DNA from: Gammaproteobacteria bacterium
GTDB lineage: Bacteria > Pseudomonadota > Gammaproteobacteria > CBDBNL01 > JAAOII01
Length of the DNA stretch: 64,000 bases
Assembly: GCA_965209035.1 (NCBI GenBank)
Contig: OZ242372.1
Location: 960,001-1,024,000 of the forward strand
Direction: 5' to 3'
The translations under genes were made by a program, and so were the position numbers. Below, piece by piece: positions 37,542 through 49,246 of this stretch (its first letter is position 1; every line of letters starts with the position of its first letter). Below the pieces are notes generated by a model that worked only from the letters and a program-made list of their open reading frames with translations, did not search any database and was not told the origin of the DNA.

Positions 37542-38398
37542 TTATAACTTACTTTGCAATAAGTTGGCTATTGTTCCATAGATAACTTTCGCCGATGCTT
37601 TGGATTGAAAATGCTTCAGCAAGAGTCGTAAAGTCTTTTTCTCCGGGAAAAGCGTCAAAATAATCTCTTCAAATATCGTATTGTTTTCAAAAATTTGTCT
37701 GTAAATTCTCGGCGACAAGTCTTTTATTTCTTCAAAAGAACTTTCGGCATCCAGGTCAAAATTGGTTTCCGGAAAATCGGGTATTTCCGTTTTCCACTTT
37801 TTCACATACTTTAAGATTTGAGTCCACGCGGCCGTGTGGTTTAATAATTGAAATAATTCCTCGCCATAGGACAGGTGTAACTCAACTCCATACGCTTTTG
37901 CCATCTTGGCGAGCTCTTCTTGATAATAAGTTTTATTTTTCCGCAGTTCGGGATCAATAAAGTAAACAATGCCGACAAGATTATTTTCCTCATGCCGATT
38001 AACCATTTCACCCAATTTCTTTTCAAAATTAGAAATCTGTCCGCGCTTTTTCGATGAGTCGTGATCATCCCTCACTTTTTGTTCTATTAAATATATTTTG
38101 TTATGGGTTTTGAAGCACTGATCGATATTCAATCTGTTTTTATTGTCCGCCACAAATTTTTTTCCAAAATCTCATAACCAAATTCTCGCAGGTATGCTTC
38201 AATGATAATTTCAAAAGCATCGCCAAAACGAATTTCGTGCGATTGCAATAGGTTTTGTAAAATCTTTGCCTTTGGTCTTGTTGGTCTAAACAAACCGATG
38301 TACCGGTTTGGGGACTGGGCAATTTTTTCAATCAGGCGTGCTTTTGATTTTTCAAAAATTGTCTCGTTCAAAATACCTTTGAACTTTTTGTAACGCAT
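37542..38398 (-). pseudogene. Type II restriction endonuclease, HpyAIV-like, split by a frameshift at an A7 run (38157-38163)
   Basis: MRYKKF..P.RYIGLFRPT.PK.K..QNLLQSHEIRFGDAFE continues in another frame as ..IDQ..IEQKVRDDHDSSKKRGQ..NFE; one extra A joins the two frames; lies directly downstream of the MTase. Confidence 0.8.
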
Positions 38399-38402
38399 CG
38401 TC

Positions 38403-39473
38403 TTAAGTGAGATATTCTTTGATATAACGTTCGCGCAATGTATCCAATAAGACCAAATTATCTTTTTGGGAAACATACCAAAAGGTCCAGCCGTTGTTTG
38501 TCGGTTTCCCCAGAATCTCCGTGCTGATTTTGTGAATGGAGCCTGTCTTGTTATCCCATTCCAAAGTGGCGTTTGCCAAAATTCGGGCTTTATGCCGCCT
38601 GCCTTTTGAATATAGGAAGTCGCCCGCTTTAATCAGGTCCGCTTCTATTAAATTGCCAAACGGCACCTTTGGAGATTTTACTTCCATCGGATAGGATAAA
38701 AGCGCATCGTCCAGTTGTCGGACTTTTGCGATCCTGGCCTTGGCAATTTTGATATAAGGGCTTTCTTTTTCTATGCCTATAAAATGGCGTCCCAATTTTT
38801 TTGCAACAGCCGCCGTTGTCCCGCTGCCAATGAAAGGATCCAAAACAATATCGCCGGGGTTGGAAGTAGCCAAGATGATCCGATACAACAAGGCTTCGGG
38901 TTTTTGCGTTGAATGTGCCTTTTCGCCGTTTTGTTTAATCCTTTCTTTGCCGGAACAAATCGGGATATACCAATCGCTGCGCATTTGTTTGTCATCGCCA
39001 AAAGTTCTCATTGATTTGTAATGGAATGTATATTTTGAACTTTGATGTTTTGCCGCCCAAATGAGCGTTTCTTGGGCGTTGTTAAAACGAGTGCCTTTGA
39101 AATTGGGCATAGGATTTGCTTTGATCCAAACAACATCATTCAATGTCCAAAACCCCAGATCCTGCATTATTTTTCCAACACGAAAAATATTGTGATAACT
39201 GCCAATCACCCAAATCGCGCCGTCTTTTTTCAACACTCTTCGGCAAGCCCGAAGCCAACCCTCGGTAAATTGATCGTAGTCCGCGAACGAAGAAAATTGA
39301 TCCCACTTGTCATCCACCCCGTTCACCCTGGTTTGGTTGGGCCTGAATAGTTCGCCCCGCAACTGTAAGTTGTATGGCGGATCGGCAAAAATAAGATCGA
39401 TGGACCTTTCCGGCATATCTTCCAGTACCTTTGCACAGTCGCCTTTGATCATTTGATTGAGATATTGATTCAT
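38403..39473 (-). CDS. Beta-class adenine DNA methyltransferase, M.HinfI/CcrM/M.HpyAIV-like (probably GANTC)
   Basis: FADPPYNLQL, GSYHNIFRVG, NPMPNFKGTRF.NA.ETLIW, H.TQKPEALL, DPFIGSGTT, C-terminal NGWTFW. Confidence 0.92.
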   Translation of the reverse strand: MNQYLNQMIKGDCAKVLEDMPERSIDLIFADPPYNLQLRGELFRPNQTRVNGVDDKWDQFSSFADYDQFTEGWLRACRRVLKKDGAIWVIGSYHNIFRVGKIMQDLGFWTLNDVVWIKANPMPNFKGTRFNNAQETLIWAAKHQSSKYTFHYKSMRTFGDDKQMRSDWYIPICSGKERIKQNGEKAHSTQKPEALLYRIILATSNPGDIVLDPFIGSGTTAAVAKKLGRHFIGIEKESPYIKIAKARIAKVRQLDDALLSYPMEVKSPKVPFGNLIEADLIKAGDFLYSKGRRHKARILANATLEWDNKTGSIHKISTEILGKPTNNGWTFWYVSQKDNLVLLDTLRERYIKEYLT

Positions 39474-39547
39474 ACTATTTCATAGCCTGCGGGATAGGAC
39501 ACCAAAATATTATAACTGACCGGGAATGTAAGCACGCCTGATTGTAT

Positions 39548-39617
39548 GATCCCACCCATTTCCGGACTTTTGTTGCTTTTGCAAGAATTGCATTAACGAG
39601 AGTTGTTTGTGAGCATA
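39548..39617. repeat. Right 70-bp direct repeat flanking the R-M cassette
   Basis: Matches 37377-37446. Confidence 0.9.
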
Positions 39618-39698
39618 ATAAAGCATCACGATAACCGGTCAATAAAAGAAGGAGAAAAATTTACACTTACGGATAATAACGGATATAATTGATTAACC

Positions 39699-40088
39699 GT
39701 GCCAAACGCAAACCAACTCAAATTTTTAAGGCTCAATCTGTTCCTCCTGATCGGATGGGCTGTTCTTTCGTTTCTTGCTTATCCGCTGTTCGGTAGCGGA
39801 GTATCCTCGGCCTTGTTTGGCGGCGGTATTCTGTATTTGTTCGCTGCTCTGTTCCAAGGGTTGTTTTATTTTTCTTTTCGCGGTGCGGCACAGGCAACCC
39901 GCATCCTCTTTGCGCTAAAACTTGGCTCCTTGGTTAAGTTTCTTTTGGTGATTTTACTTTACGCCCTTGTCGCCGCCGGGCTTGTCGCCGCCGGGTTGCC
40001 CCCCGCCGAATTTTTGCCGGCGATGACCTGTGGCATCGTGATCATGCACTTCGTCCAGGCATTCGCCGCGGCCGGAATGCTGCGCTAG
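39699..40088 (+). CDS. atpI: ATP synthase protein I (AtpI)-like membrane protein
   Basis: 129 aa, 4 TM, SALFGG and F.FRGA..A..I....LG...K pattern of gammaproteobacterial AtpI; no atp genes adjacent. Confidence 0.55.
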   Translation: MPNANQLKFLRLNLFLLIGWAVLSFLAYPLFGSGVSSALFGGGILYLFAALFQGLFYFSFRGAAQATRILFALKLGSLVKFLLVILLYALVAAGLVAAGLPPAEFLPAMTCGIVIMHFVQAFAAAGMLR

Positions 40089-40112
40089 TCCGACACGCCC
40101 GACACGCCCGTC

Positions 40113-42659
40113 ATGTCCGTTCTGTCTTCCAATTCCGCCGAGTTTTCGCCGATGATGCGGCATTATTTGCACATCAAAAAAGAGCATCCGGACACCTTGC
40201 TCTTTTATAGGATGGGTGATTTCTACGAACTCTTTTTTGAAGATGCGAAAAAGGCGGCAAGGTTGTTGGACATCACGCTGACGGCACGCGGCAAAAAGAA
40301 CGACATGCCGATCCCGATGGCGGGCGTTCCCTTTCACGCCGCCGATTCCTATATCGGCAAACTCCTGAAAATTGGAGAATCCGTCGTCATCTGCGAGCAA
40401 ATCGGCCGGCAACGCCAAGGCGATCCGGTGGAGCGTCGGGTAACACGCATCATCACACCCGGCACGGCAACCGAGGAATCCTTCACCGAAGAGACGCGCG
40501 ACTATCAAGCGGGCGCGCTGGTATTTGGCGCGCGCGGTTACGGCCTCGCATGGCTTAACCTTTCGAACGGCGAGTTTCGTATGCAAATCTTGGAAAGCAA
40601 CCAAAGTTTACAAAACGAATTGGGCAGGTTAAACATCACCGAATTGTTAATTAGCAAGGACGAAAAAAATTGGAGCGGGGCCGCCCGCTATGTCCGCGCC
40701 TATGATGCCCGGCATTTTGAAGAAAAAGAGGCACTCGCTTTGCTGCACAAACAATTCGGCGAGGACTGGCTGGTGCGGCAACGGGCGGATACACACGTTC
40801 TGCCGGCATTGCGGGCGGCGGGAGCCCTGCTTTCTTATGCGCTGGCGACGCAACTTAATACCCTGCAACATGTGAAGCCGCCGCAAATAACCGCCGAAGA
40901 AGAAGCCGTCATCATAGACCCGGTGAGTCGCCGACATCTCGCCATAGACGACAATGAGGATAGCCAAAAAATATCGCTGTTCGGGCTGATGAACAGCTGT
41001 GTCACACCCATGGGGTCCCGCCTGTTGCGGCGAGAATTGCATCGCCCGATTCGCAACATAGACTTACTCGGCGGCCGCCAACTGGCAATCGGCGAACTGA
41101 TGAAAAGCAAGATGTTTGATTCTGTCCGACCGATTCTGGCAAAGACCGGTGACCTGGAGCGTTCCCTCGCGCGCATCTCAGTGCGCACCGCCAGACCGGG
41201 CGATCTGCTGCGGGTGCGACGCGCCCTGGCGACAATTACGGAACTGCAGTCCGTCCCCGATTTTGAAACACCGGTGCTGCGGCGACTGAGCGATTCGCTG
41301 CAACCCTTTGATACCCTCAGCGAACTGTTGGGGCGCGCCATATTGGAACAACCGGCGGCGCACCTGCGCGACGGCGGTGTCATTGCATCCGGGTATGACA
41401 AGGAGCTGGACGAACAACGCGCTTTGCAAACCAACAGCGGGGAGTTTCTAACAAGAATGGAGGCGGAAGAAAAACAGCGGACCGGTCTGAGTTCCCTGAA
41501 GATCGGCTACAATCGGGCGTTTGGCTATTACATAGAAATCAGCAGTGGCCAAGCAAAAAACGCGCCGAGCGATTACATCCGCCGCCAAACTTTGAAAAAT
41601 GCGGAAAGATACATCACACCTCAGTTGAAACTGCACGAAGATAAGATTCTTGGCAGTCGCAGTCGCTCTCTCGCACGGGAAAAGTTTTTATATGAACAGA
41701 TTTTGGACAAACTCAACGCCGAGATGCGCCGCCTGCAAACCATCGCCAAGGCCTTGGCTGTGCTGGACTTTCTGTGTTGTCTCGCCGAGCGAGCGCATCT
41801 GCTCGGCTGGAACAAACCACAACTGCACCTGGCGCATTCTCTGATGATTGAAGATGGCCGCCATCCTCTGGTGGAAGAATACTCGGACCAGCCCTTCATC
41901 GCCAACGATCTTCTTTTGGATAACAAACAAAATATGCTCATCATCACGGGGCCGAATATGGGCGGAAAATCCACCTACATGCGCCAGACCGCATTGATTG
42001 TATTACTCGCGTACATCGGCAGTTATGTGCCGGCCAAGAAGGCGGAGATCGGCAGAGTAGACCGCATCTTCACACGCATCGGCGCCGGCGATGACCTGGC
42101 GTCCGGCAGTTCCACTTTTATGACCGAAATGACCGAGACCGCTCATATTCTCAAGACGGCAACCGCGGACAGTTTAATTTTGATGGACGAAATCGGGCGC
42201 GGCACCGGCACCTATGACGGTCTGTCTCTTGCTTGGGCATGTGCCGATCACATCAGTCGCTCCTTGCATGCCTACGCGATGTTTTCCACTCATTACTTTG
42301 AACTCACCGCCATTGCCAAGGAGTTACCGGGAACGGCAAATGTCCACCTGGCGGCAAAAGAGCATGCCGGCGGTATTGTCTTCTTATATAAGATAAGAAC
42401 CGGGCCCGCCAGTCGCAGTTACGGGCTGCAGGTGGCGCGTCTCGCCGGCGTCCCGCAACCGGTCATAGAACACGCCCAAAAAATTCTGGACGAGTTACAA
42501 CAGGCGGAAAGAAAACAAATCCCGACCGAGCAACCAATCCCCCAAACTTCTCTCTTTGACGAGGACCCGCTGCGACGCAACCTACAAAAAATAGAACCCG
42601 ACAACCTGAGCCCGAAGGACGCGCTGGCGGAAATATACAAACTGCGGGACCTGCTCTGA
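40113..42659 (+). CDS. mutS: DNA mismatch repair protein MutS
   Basis: [49 protein letters not shown]. Confidence 0.98.
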   Translation: MSVLSSNSAEFSPMMRHYLHIKKEHPDTLLFYRMGDFYELFFEDAKKAARLLDITLTARGKKNDMPIPMAGVPFHAADSYIGKLLKIGESVVICEQIGRQRQGDPVERRVTRIITPGTATEESFTEETRDYQAGALVFGARGYGLAWLNLSNGEFRMQILESNQSLQNELGRLNITELLISKDEKNWSGAARYVRAYDARHFEEKEALALLHKQFGEDWLVRQRADTHVLPALRAAGALLSYALATQLNTLQHVKPPQITAEEEAVIIDPVSRRHLAIDDNEDSQKISLFGLMNSCVTPMGSRLLRRELHRPIRNIDLLGGRQLAIGELMKSKMFDSVRPILAKTGDLERSLARISVRTARPGDLLRVRRALATITELQSVPDFETPVLRRLSDSLQPFDTLSELLGRAILEQPAAHLRDGGVIASGYDKELDEQRALQTNSGEFLTRMEAEEKQRTGLSSLKIGYNRAFGYYIEISSGQAKNAPSDYIRRQTLKNAERYITPQLKLHEDKILGSRSRSLAREKFLYEQILDKLNAEMRRLQTIAKALAVLDFLCCLAERAHLLGWNKPQLHLAHSLMIEDGRHPLVEEYSDQPFIANDLLLDNKQNMLIITGPNMGGKSTYMRQTALIVLLAYIGSYVPAKKAEIGRVDRIFTRIGAGDDLASGSSTFMTEMTETAHILKTATADSLILMDEIGRGTGTYDGLSLAWACADHISRSLHAYAMFSTHYFELTAIAKELPGTANVHLAAKEHAGGIVFLYKIRTGPASRSYGLQVARLAGVPQPVIEHAQKILDELQQAERKQIPTEQPIPQTSLFDEDPLRRNLQKIEPDNLSPKDALAEIYKLRDLL

Positions 42660-42671
42660 TCTGTTTTCAAT

Positions 42672-42718
42672 TTTCTTTCAACTTGCTTTCAACTTGCTTT
42701 CAACTTGCTTTCAACTTT
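42672..42718. repeat. 11-bp tandem repeat (CTTTCAACTTG) about 4 copies
   Basis: Directly visible downstream of mutS. Confidence 0.9.
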
Positions 42719-42771
42719 CGATGCAATAAAATTGTTTTTGGATTACAACGAATTGGTGTATAATAATTGAT

Positions 42772-44109
42772 ATGAATAAACAGACTATTACTCGTCCAAC
42801 CGCAACAACCGCGAAGGCGGCGGCAAACAATTCGCGGTGGCAAACGCACTTTCGGTTCGGCGGCCGTTCCATGCAAACCCTGACCCTGTTCTTGGTTTTA
42901 AGTTTCTTCGTGCTGCTGCCTTCGCATGCCGCTCGCGACCAAATACCGGTCAAGGAGATTCACGAGTTTGCCAAGATTTTGGAAGTCATTCGGGCAAACT
43001 ATGTGGATGAAACGGACGACAAAGAATTAATGAAGCAGGCTATTCGCGGGATGCTGCGGGACCTGGACCCTTACTCGGTCTACCTGGACAAACGCCAGAA
43101 AAAAGAACTGTCCATCAAGACTCAAGGAAAATTTGGCGGGCTTGGCATCCAAGTCACCTATGAAGAGAAAGCCGGCGCGATCAAAGTCATCTCCCCCATA
43201 GACGATACTCCCGCCCAAAGGGCCGGCATCCAGCCGTTGGATTTAATCATCGCCATTGACGGCAAAAGCACCGCGGATATGGATCTCGAGCAAGCGGTCA
43301 ATACCATGCGCGGCAAGCCCGGTACAAAAATCAACATCCGTGTCCGCCGGCCCGGCCAAAAAGAACTGATTGATTTCACTCTGGTGCGCGAGGTGATTAA
43401 AATTAAAAGCGTCGCCGTGACACCCCTGTCCGACGGCTACATTTACGCCCGTCTCAGTGCTTTTCAATCCAACACCGCCTCGGACCTGTCCCGGCTGATC
43501 CGAGGCGCAAAGAAAGAAAACAAAAAACTTAACGGCATGATTCTGGACCTGCGGAACAACCCCGGTGGGCTGCTCAGTTCGGCTATCGGCGTATCCGACA
43601 TCTTTATTGAAGACGGTGTCATCGTCTCCACCGCAGGCAGGTCCAGAAACTCGCAATCTTCCAGCAAAGCGAACGGTTACGACCTGACCGATGGGCTGCC
43701 GGTGCTTGTGCTGATCAACGGCGGTTCGGCATCCGCCTCGGAAATTGTTGCCGGCGCGTTACAGGATCATCATCGCGCGTTGATTGCCGGCACCAAGAGT
43801 TTCGGCAAAGGAACAGTGCAAAGCATCATTGATATTAGCGACGACGCAGCCGTGAAAATCACAACCGCCAAGTACGCCACGCCGAGCGGGAAATTCATTC
43901 ATAAAATCGGGATTGAACCGGATATCAAAATTGAGATTCCAAGAAACCGCAACGCAACGATTGAAACGGAAGCGGCAAACTTGCCTGAGGATATCAGCAA
44001 GGGTGCAAAAGCCCTGTTTGAAAGGGATCGGCAGTTGCATCAGGCTTATAATCTGCTGCTGGATCTGGTTGTTGCCGGCGGTAATGTGTTGGAAATGAAA
44101 GGGACCTAA
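42772..44109 (+). CDS. ctpA: Carboxyl-terminal processing protease, S41A
   Basis: LDPYS.Y, PDZ GGLGI, DLRNNPGGLL, SASASEIVAGALQD, SFGKGTVQ; start may be 42871. Confidence 0.92.
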   Translation: MNKQTITRPTATTAKAAANNSRWQTHFRFGGRSMQTLTLFLVLSFFVLLPSHAARDQIPVKEIHEFAKILEVIRANYVDETDDKELMKQAIRGMLRDLDPYSVYLDKRQKKELSIKTQGKFGGLGIQVTYEEKAGAIKVISPIDDTPAQRAGIQPLDLIIAIDGKSTADMDLEQAVNTMRGKPGTKINIRVRRPGQKELIDFTLVREVIKIKSVAVTPLSDGYIYARLSAFQSNTASDLSRLIRGAKKENKKLNGMILDLRNNPGGLLSSAIGVSDIFIEDGVIVSTAGRSRNSQSSSKANGYDLTDGLPVLVLINGGSASASEIVAGALQDHHRALIAGTKSFGKGTVQSIIDISDDAAVKITTAKYATPSGKFIHKIGIEPDIKIEIPRNRNATIETEAANLPEDISKGAKALFERDRQLHQAYNLLLDLVVAGGNVLEMKGT

Positions 44110-44124
44110 AAATAAATAAAACAA

Positions 44125-44215
44125 ACGAACAACCCACACCCGCCCGAACAACCCACACCCGCCCGAACAACCCACAACCACCCGAACAACCAACACCCGC
44201 CCGGCACCCCGCCAC
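44125..44215. repeat. A/C-rich ~19-bp tandem repeat (GAACAACCCACACCCGCCC) about 4 copies
   Basis: Directly visible downstream of ctpA. Confidence 0.88.
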
Positions 44216-44359
44216 ACATTCGCATACTCCCCGCAACATATTCACCTACTTCTCGCCTCAAGAAAGCGCAAGGTTATTTTCATCCTATTTGAAACTTAAT
44301 CATTCGTTTTCACCAAAGTTTGTAATCTCTTTAAGCCGAACACAGCGAAGCCGCGCCAA

Positions 44360-46963
44360 ATGTCACAAGAGAACAGGCCGCAACAGTATGACCCGCATGC
44401 CATAGAATCCCGCGTGCAAGAGTTCTGGGAAAAGCAGGATCTTTTTCGCGTCTCGGAGGACCCAAACAAAGAGAAGTTTTACTGTCTGGCAATGCTTCCT
44501 TACCCGAGCGGACGGCTACATATGGGACATGTGCGTAACTACTCAATTGTGGATACGCTTGCGCGCTTTCACCGAATGGACGGCAAAAATGTCTTGCAAC
44601 CCATCGGCTGGGACGCCTTCGGTTTGCCGGCCGAAAATGCCGCCATCAAAAACAAAACATCCCCCGCCAAGTGGACCTATGCCAACATCAATTACATGCG
44701 CACTCAGTTCAAGAGGCTCGGCTATGCGTATGACTGGTCGCGCGAATTCGCCACCTGCGACCCCGACTACTACCGCTGGGAGCAATGGTTTTTTCTGAGA
44801 ATGCGCGAGCGAGGACTCGTCTATCGCAAGAACGCGATGGTTAACTGGGACCCCGCGGATAATACGGTGCTCGCAAACGAGCAGGTGATAGACGGCAAAG
44901 GCTGGCGTTCGGGCGCGACCGTGGAGCGGCGCGAACTCCCCCACTGGTTTATGAAGATCACCGCATACGCCGAGGAACTGCTCGCCGACCTGGACAAGTT
45001 AACAGACTGGCCCGAGCAGGTACGGGTGATGCAACGCAATTGGATCGGCAAATCGCGCGGGCTGACCATTGACTTTAAACTTGACAAGACCCGCGATGCC
45101 CGCGAGCAAGAATTGGAAACCGTCTCCGTGTTCACCACCAGACCGGACACCTTGCTCGGTGTCACCTTTCTCAGTTTATCCGCGGACCACCCTCTGTCCG
45201 GCCACTGGGCACGGCAAGACAAAAAAATTGACGCGTTCATTGAGAAGATACGCACCGCCCAAAAAGACCCCGCCAATACGGAAAAAAACGGACTGGATAC
45301 CGGCCGCCGGGCGCTACATCCCCTGACCGGCGAACCGGTGCCGCTCTGGATAGCCGATTATGTCCTGACCGAATACGGCAGCGGCGCGGTGATGGGCGTG
45401 CCGGCACATGATCAAAGAGACTTGGAATTCGCCGGCAAATACGGACTGCCCGTTCGCCGGGTGATCGCGCCGACTACACCCGGCAGTGCGCCGGGCAGTG
45501 CGCCCGGCAAGGCACCGCACCGGGACGAACAACCGGGCGAAAAAGCATCGCATACGCAAGCATCCGCAAGCTCGCAAGACGCCTACACCGAACGCGGCCT
45601 GACCGTCAACTGCGGCGAATACGACAATCTAAACTTTGACGAGATGTTCGCCGCAATGAAAGATGCCCTTGGCAAAAAACAGGCCGGGCGGGAAGAAGTG
45701 CAATACCGATTACGCGACTGGGGGATTTCGCGCCAACGATTCTGGGGTTGCCCTGTCCCGATCATTCATTGTCCGCAGTGCGGCGAACAGCCGGTGCCGG
45801 ACGCGGATCTGCCGGTTAGGCTGCCGGAAAATATTTCGCTGATGGGCGGCAACTCACCGCTGCGCCGGGTCAAAGAATTCTACGAGTGCCAATGCCCCAA
45901 ATGCGGCGGCGCAGCCCATCGGGATACGGACACTTTTGATACCTTTATTGATTCTTCGTGGTATTATGCCAGATACTGCTGTGCCGATTGTGATACCGGG
46001 ATGATGGATGAACGAGGTGCCTACTGGTTGCCGGTGGATCAGTATGTCGGCGGCGTGGAACACGCTATCTTGCACCTTCTGTATGCGCGCTTCTTTTACA
46101 AATGCATGGACGATATGCTCAATACCGGCAAAAAAGTGGTCACCCGGGCGCGCGAACCGTTCACTCGGCTTCTTGCCCAGGGCATGGTCCTAAAAGACGG
46201 CACCGCCATGTCCAAATCCAAAGGCAACATTGTCGATCCGCAAGCATTAATAGACCAACAGGGCGCGGACACTATCCGCTTATATATGTTGTTTGCGGCA
46301 CCGCCCGTGCAGGCATTTGAATGGACCGACGGGGCGGTCAACGGTTCTCGCCGTTTTCTCAACCGGTTTTGGCGGCTGGCGTTGCGTTATGCGGACGCCG
46401 ACAGATGCCCCGATCACTACAACAAAGAAAACCTCGGCAAAACGCAGCGCACTCTTTACGCCAAACTGCATCAAACGATTGACAAGGTCAAAAAAGATAT
46501 TGCCGTGCGCCACAGTTTCAATACCGCCATCGCCGCCATGATGGAACTCACCAACGAGATTACGAGTGTCCTTGGCGATTCCGACCTGCCCGCCGACAGG
46601 GCTCTCGGCCGCGAGTGCATGCACAGTTTAATATTACTCCTGGCGCCTTTCGCGCCGCACATCTGTCAGGAATTGTGGAATATGTACACCGCGAACGCAA
46701 CAGACGAAGAGAGAATTCTAATGAATCATCCGCTGCCACAAACAGACCCGAAAGCCATGGAGGACAAACAACGGACGATCGTCATCCAGGTGAACGGGCG
46801 GCTGCGCGCCCGCATGGAAGTTGAGGACATTAAGGACATTGACGACGCAGCGAAAAAAGAAGTCTCCCGCCGCGCGTTGGACCTGGTAAAAAAATGGACC
46901 GACGGCAAGATGCCGCACAAAACTATCTTTGTGCCGGGGCGGCTCATTAATTTCGTTATTTAA
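44360..46963 (+). CDS. leuS: Leucine--tRNA ligase
   Basis: [45 protein letters not shown]. Confidence 0.98.
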   Translation: MSQENRPQQYDPHAIESRVQEFWEKQDLFRVSEDPNKEKFYCLAMLPYPSGRLHMGHVRNYSIVDTLARFHRMDGKNVLQPIGWDAFGLPAENAAIKNKTSPAKWTYANINYMRTQFKRLGYAYDWSREFATCDPDYYRWEQWFFLRMRERGLVYRKNAMVNWDPADNTVLANEQVIDGKGWRSGATVERRELPHWFMKITAYAEELLADLDKLTDWPEQVRVMQRNWIGKSRGLTIDFKLDKTRDAREQELETVSVFTTRPDTLLGVTFLSLSADHPLSGHWARQDKKIDAFIEKIRTAQKDPANTEKNGLDTGRRALHPLTGEPVPLWIADYVLTEYGSGAVMGVPAHDQRDLEFAGKYGLPVRRVIAPTTPGSAPGSAPGKAPHRDEQPGEKASHTQASASSQDAYTERGLTVNCGEYDNLNFDEMFAAMKDALGKKQAGREEVQYRLRDWGISRQRFWGCPVPIIHCPQCGEQPVPDADLPVRLPENISLMGGNSPLRRVKEFYECQCPKCGGAAHRDTDTFDTFIDSSWYYARYCCADCDTGMMDERGAYWLPVDQYVGGVEHAILHLLYARFFYKCMDDMLNTGKKVVTRAREPFTRLLAQGMVLKDGTAMSKSKGNIVDPQALIDQQGADTIRLYMLFAAPPVQAFEWTDGAVNGSRRFLNRFWRLALRYADADRCPDHYNKENLGKTQRTLYAKLHQTIDKVKKDIAVRHSFNTAIAAMMELTNEITSVLGDSDLPADRALGRECMHSLILLLAPFAPHICQELWNMYTANATDEERILMNHPLPQTDPKAMEDKQRTIVIQVNGRLRARMEVEDIKDIDDAAKKEVSRRALDLVKKWTDGKMPHKTIFVPGRLINFVI

Positions 46964-46991
46964 TTTTGTTATTTAATTTTCTTATCCAATT

Positions 46992-47495
46992 TTGTTTTCC
47001 CGGAATAGGCGTGCCGCCACATTAACATTATTATTATTAATGCCTGTTTTGTCCTTGCCCTCATGCGCGCTGAGTTTGCAACGCGGCGCGGAGGCAGCGG
47101 AAAAAAGTCCGTTGCACATAAACGGCAAAGGCAAAGAAGGTTACTTTTTTTCTCTGCGGGTTGCCCGTGCCTGGGAAGAGCATAACGGCAAGGTCACCCC
47201 GGATCCCGCCACGGCGACAACACAACTGAGATTTACCGGGCCGACTTGCAATAAACACACTCTGTTGATCGACAGCCGCGGCGACAAAACGGATTTCCTT
47301 GTCATCTGCCGTCTGGAATACACGGTGCAACCCGCCGAAGAGGATAAGAAACGCGACGGCATGCTGAGCGAGCGGTTTATCCTGGCATCGGATAATAACC
47401 TGAACGCCTACTACCGCAAAGAAGACACCCTGCGTTCCCAAACCCTGGACAGACTGGCACAGAAACTGGTCCTTACGGTTAAAACAGTGCGTTGA
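46992..47495 (+). CDS. lptE: LPS assembly lipoprotein LptE (divergent)
   Basis: LPSC lipobox followed by L.L.RG; size and position between leuS and holA. Confidence 0.65.
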   Translation: MFSRNRRAATLTLLLLMPVLSLPSCALSLQRGAEAAEKSPLHINGKGKEGYFFSLRVARAWEEHNGKVTPDPATATTQLRFTGPTCNKHTLLIDSRGDKTDFLVICRLEYTVQPAEEDKKRDGMLSERFILASDNNLNAYYRKEDTLRSQTLDRLAQKLVLTVKTVR

Positions 47496-47564
47496 AGCCG
47501 TCGCAAACAGCCGCCGAAGAACTCTTATTTAAATACCCAAATACCCGAATACCCAAATGTCCAA

Positions 47565-48596
47565 ATGCCACCGCCGGCCGCGCTAAAAAAAGTTTACCTT
47601 ACCTCTTCGCAGGATCTTCTTCTGTGCGATGAGGCCATGGAAAAGATTCGCCAACTCGCCCGCAAACACGGATATGACGAGTTGCGCCGGTTTATTCTGA
47701 ACGAAGAGACACCGAAAGAGGTGATCTTAAATGCGCTCGGCGGGGCATCTTTGTTTGCCGCCAAAACCCTCGCGGAAGTCAGGATTTATACGGACGAACT
47801 CAAGGCCGACCAAGAAAAAACACTGGCGGAATTGGTCAATGCCGTCGGGGAAGACACAATGCTATCGGTTGGTCTGCCGCGTCTTTCCGCCGCCGCCCGC
47901 AAAAAAAAGTGGCTCACGGAATTACAACGCAAGGACGGCAATTTGCAGATTCTTTATCCGCCGCAGGAGCAAAACTATTTGAATTGGTTGCAAGAACGTG
48001 CCGCCAAGGTCGGGTTGCAATTGGAAGGAGAAGCCTTGCGTTTCTTGGCGGTCAGTTGCGAAGGCGATTTGAGCACGGCGGCCGGCGAATTGGAAAAATT
48101 GGTGCTCGGCTTCTCCCAACAAGAAGGCACTCGCCGACTAACATACGACGATGTCCATCAGTTTGTCAGCGACCACTCGGAATACGCCGTCTTTGCCCTC
48201 AGCGACAGTGCCTTGGCGGGCAAACCCGCTCGCTGTCGGCGCATTCTGCGGCGACTCAGAGCAGAAAATATCCACCCCACTCAGATCAATTGGATACTCG
48301 CCCGCGACCTGCGCATGCTGATACGACTCGGCAATAAGAGTTCCGGTTCTATCACACCGGGCGAATGGGCGGCACACGGAATTTTCGGTCCCGGTAAAAG
48401 CTGCGCCCGGGACGCGTTGCGCCGGTTTGCGGGCAAGTCCGCCCTACTCGGCACATTGGTCAGGCTCTCTGCCATGGCGGACAGATCCGCCAAAGGCGGC
48501 GGCTCGGAACATATTTGGCCGATTTTGGAAGCAATCGCCCTGCAGATCGCCGGGTCCAAGACCCCCGGCAGACTGCCGATTACCCTGCGCGAGTAG
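47565..48596 (+). CDS. holA: DNA polymerase III delta subunit
   Basis: VY.....D.LL, SLFA, EGDL..A..ELEKL, VF.L.D..L.G; leuS-lptE-holA synteny. Confidence 0.9.
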   Translation: MPPPAALKKVYLTSSQDLLLCDEAMEKIRQLARKHGYDELRRFILNEETPKEVILNALGGASLFAAKTLAEVRIYTDELKADQEKTLAELVNAVGEDTMLSVGLPRLSAAARKKKWLTELQRKDGNLQILYPPQEQNYLNWLQERAAKVGLQLEGEALRFLAVSCEGDLSTAAGELEKLVLGFSQQEGTRRLTYDDVHQFVSDHSEYAVFALSDSALAGKPARCRRILRRLRAENIHPTQINWILARDLRMLIRLGNKSSGSITPGEWAAHGIFGPGKSCARDALRRFAGKSALLGTLVRLSAMADRSAKGGGSEHIWPILEAIALQIAGSKTPGRLPITLRE

Positions 48597-48641
48597 CCCG
48601 CCCCTCTTTACCGGGGTTTTGGCCGGGGTTAAAGCGAATTC

Positions 48642-49244
48642 TCAATAAAAGTGAATGCCCAGGACACTGCGGAAACTCTTGCGTTTGTTGATACGTTCTA
48701 CCCAATTACGCAAGTTTGGCAGGTCGCTGATCCAAATATCATATTGTTCCGGGCGACGAATTAAAAAGAACAACGCCATGTCCGCAATAGAAAATTCTTC
48801 GGCAAGGTATCGCTTGTTCTTAAGCAGCGTATCCAAACGCTTCAAGTATCTCTTGATTTGAGCACGGCACTCGGCCCGGACGGCGACTTCTTTCGTATTT
48901 TCGTAAATGATGATGTTGCCATGAATCGCCCTCTCTTGCCAAAAAAACCAACGCATCGTTTCGGTATACAACTTTGGGACAGCGGGCAGAAACTTCCGCG
49001 TATCAAGTGCCAGATAAAAGAGAATGGCTCCCGTCCCAAACAGAGACGCCTTCTTTTTTTCCGCCCGCTGATCGATGAGAACCGGGATTTCTCCCAGCGG
49101 ACTCACTTTCTTGATCTCTTTTTTGAGTATTTTGGAAGTCGGGTTGGTCGGAATCAAATGATAAGACGCCTTAATCTCCTCAAAAAAAACAAGCGGAGCC
49201 AACGCATTATGCCGGTCCCAAGTATAAAGGTCAAAATCTGTCAT
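48642..49244 (-). CDS. Glutathione S-transferase family protein (divergent, YfcG-like)
   Basis: SPLGEIPVLID, F.TGAIL.YLA, WFFWQ, FSIADMA, PNL..W..RI..R. Confidence 0.82.
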   Translation of the reverse strand: MTDFDLYTWDRHNALAPLVFFEEIKASYHLIPTNPTSKILKKEIKKVSPLGEIPVLIDQRAEKKKASLFGTGAILFYLALDTRKFLPAVPKLYTETMRWFFWQERAIHGNIIIYENTKEVAVRAECRAQIKRYLKRLDTLLKNKRYLAEEFSIADMALFFLIRRPEQYDIWISDLPNLRNWVERINKRKSFRSVLGIHFY

Positions 49245-49246
49245 TT

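Noticed and set aside
38403-39473. Cell-cycle regulator ccrM
   Set aside because: Paired with a restriction endonuclease in a repeat-flanked cassette, so treated as an R-M methyltransferase
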